Origin: Aquificaceae bacterium
Lineage (GTDB): Bacteria > Aquificota > Aquificia > Aquificales > Aquificaceae
Assembly: GCA_037925075.1 (NCBI GenBank)
Contig: JAXSNR010000002.1
Location: forward strand, 480,001-544,000
Reading direction: 5' to 3'
Length of the DNA: 64,000 bases
Positions 63,437 to 64,000 of this stretch are shown here, in pieces. Under the pieces are notes generated by a model that ran no database searches, was not told the DNA's origin, and was given only the letters and a program-made list of their open reading frames with translations. Numbering within the stretch: position 1 is the first letter of the stretch; every line of letters begins with the position of its first letter. Both the position numbers and the translations under genes were made by a program.

Positions 63437-64000
63437 ACCATGGTTTCAAGGTAAAGCTTGGCAATTCTCTGGGCTAGGTTGTTCATCCTCCTTATGTACC
63501 TTGCCCTCTCTTGCACGGAAAGCACTCCTCTGGCATCCAAAAGGTTAAAGGTATGGGAGCACTTGAGAAGGTGGTCGTAAGCAGGAAGCGCAAGCTTTTC
63601 CTCCAGTAGTCTCTGGGTTTCTTTTTCGTATATTTCATAGAGTTCAAAAAGCACCTTTGGGTCAGATTTTTCAAAGTTGTACACGCTCCACTGGTATTCC
63701 GCAGGCTTGAAGACCTCTCCGTAGGTAAGCCAATCGTTCCACTTTATATCATACACACTGTCCACATCTTGCAAATACATGGCAATACGCTCAAGCCCGT
63801 AGGTTATCTCCACCGATATCTCCTCAAGGTCAAGCCCACCAGCCTGCTGGAAGTAGGTAAATTGGGTTATCTCCATTCCATCGAGCCACACCTCCCAACC
63901 AAGCCCCCAAGCTCCCAAGGTGGGAGACTCCCAGTCATCCTCCACAAACCTTATATCATGCTCCCGTGGATTTATACCCAAGGCTTTTAAACTCTCTAAG
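63433..64000 (-). CDS. glyQ: Glycine--tRNA ligase alpha subunit (partial, runs off the window end)
   Basis: [40 protein letters not shown]. Confidence 0.96.
   Translation of the reverse strand, partial: LESLKALGINPREHDIRFVEDDWESPTLGAWGLGWEVWLDGMEITQFTYFQQAGGLDLEEISVEITYGLERIAMYLQDVDSVYDIKWNDWLTYGEVFKPAEYQWSVYNFEKSDPKVLFELYEIYEKETQRLLEEKLALPAYDHLLKCSHTFNLLDARGVLSVQERARYIRRMNNLAQRIAKLYLETMV

Overview
A very compact, housekeeping-rich 64 kb segment, most likely from an Aquificaceae bacterium (Hydrogenobacter/Thermocrinis-like; inferred from gene content and protein style). It carries translation, tRNA-modification and repair genes (rpmE, prfA, truB, lepA, tgt, queC, trmFO, obgE, uvrC, uvrD, glyQ). 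It also carries a soxYZAXB thiosulfate-oxidation operon without soxCD, reverse-TCA genes (aconitase, mdh, fumarase alpha, probable citryl-CoA synthetase small subunit), three tRNAs and the SRP RNA. No CRISPR array, transposase or prophage was seen. Main observations: (1) bioH has no canonical start codon outside two zero-spacer tandem tRNA genes, so its frame runs through them; (2) many genes look leaderless, and several head-to-head pairs share 17-20 bp bidirectional -10 promoters; (3) the flagellar/chemotaxis locus is decaying (broken TPR gene and fliN, cheZ and cheB remnants, a separate CZB remnant); (4) a HEPN toxin has lost its catalytic segment while the MNT antitoxin is intact; (5) a perfect palindrome sits at a LysR-type position upstream of the sox operon. 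All family calls come from motif recognition, not database searches.
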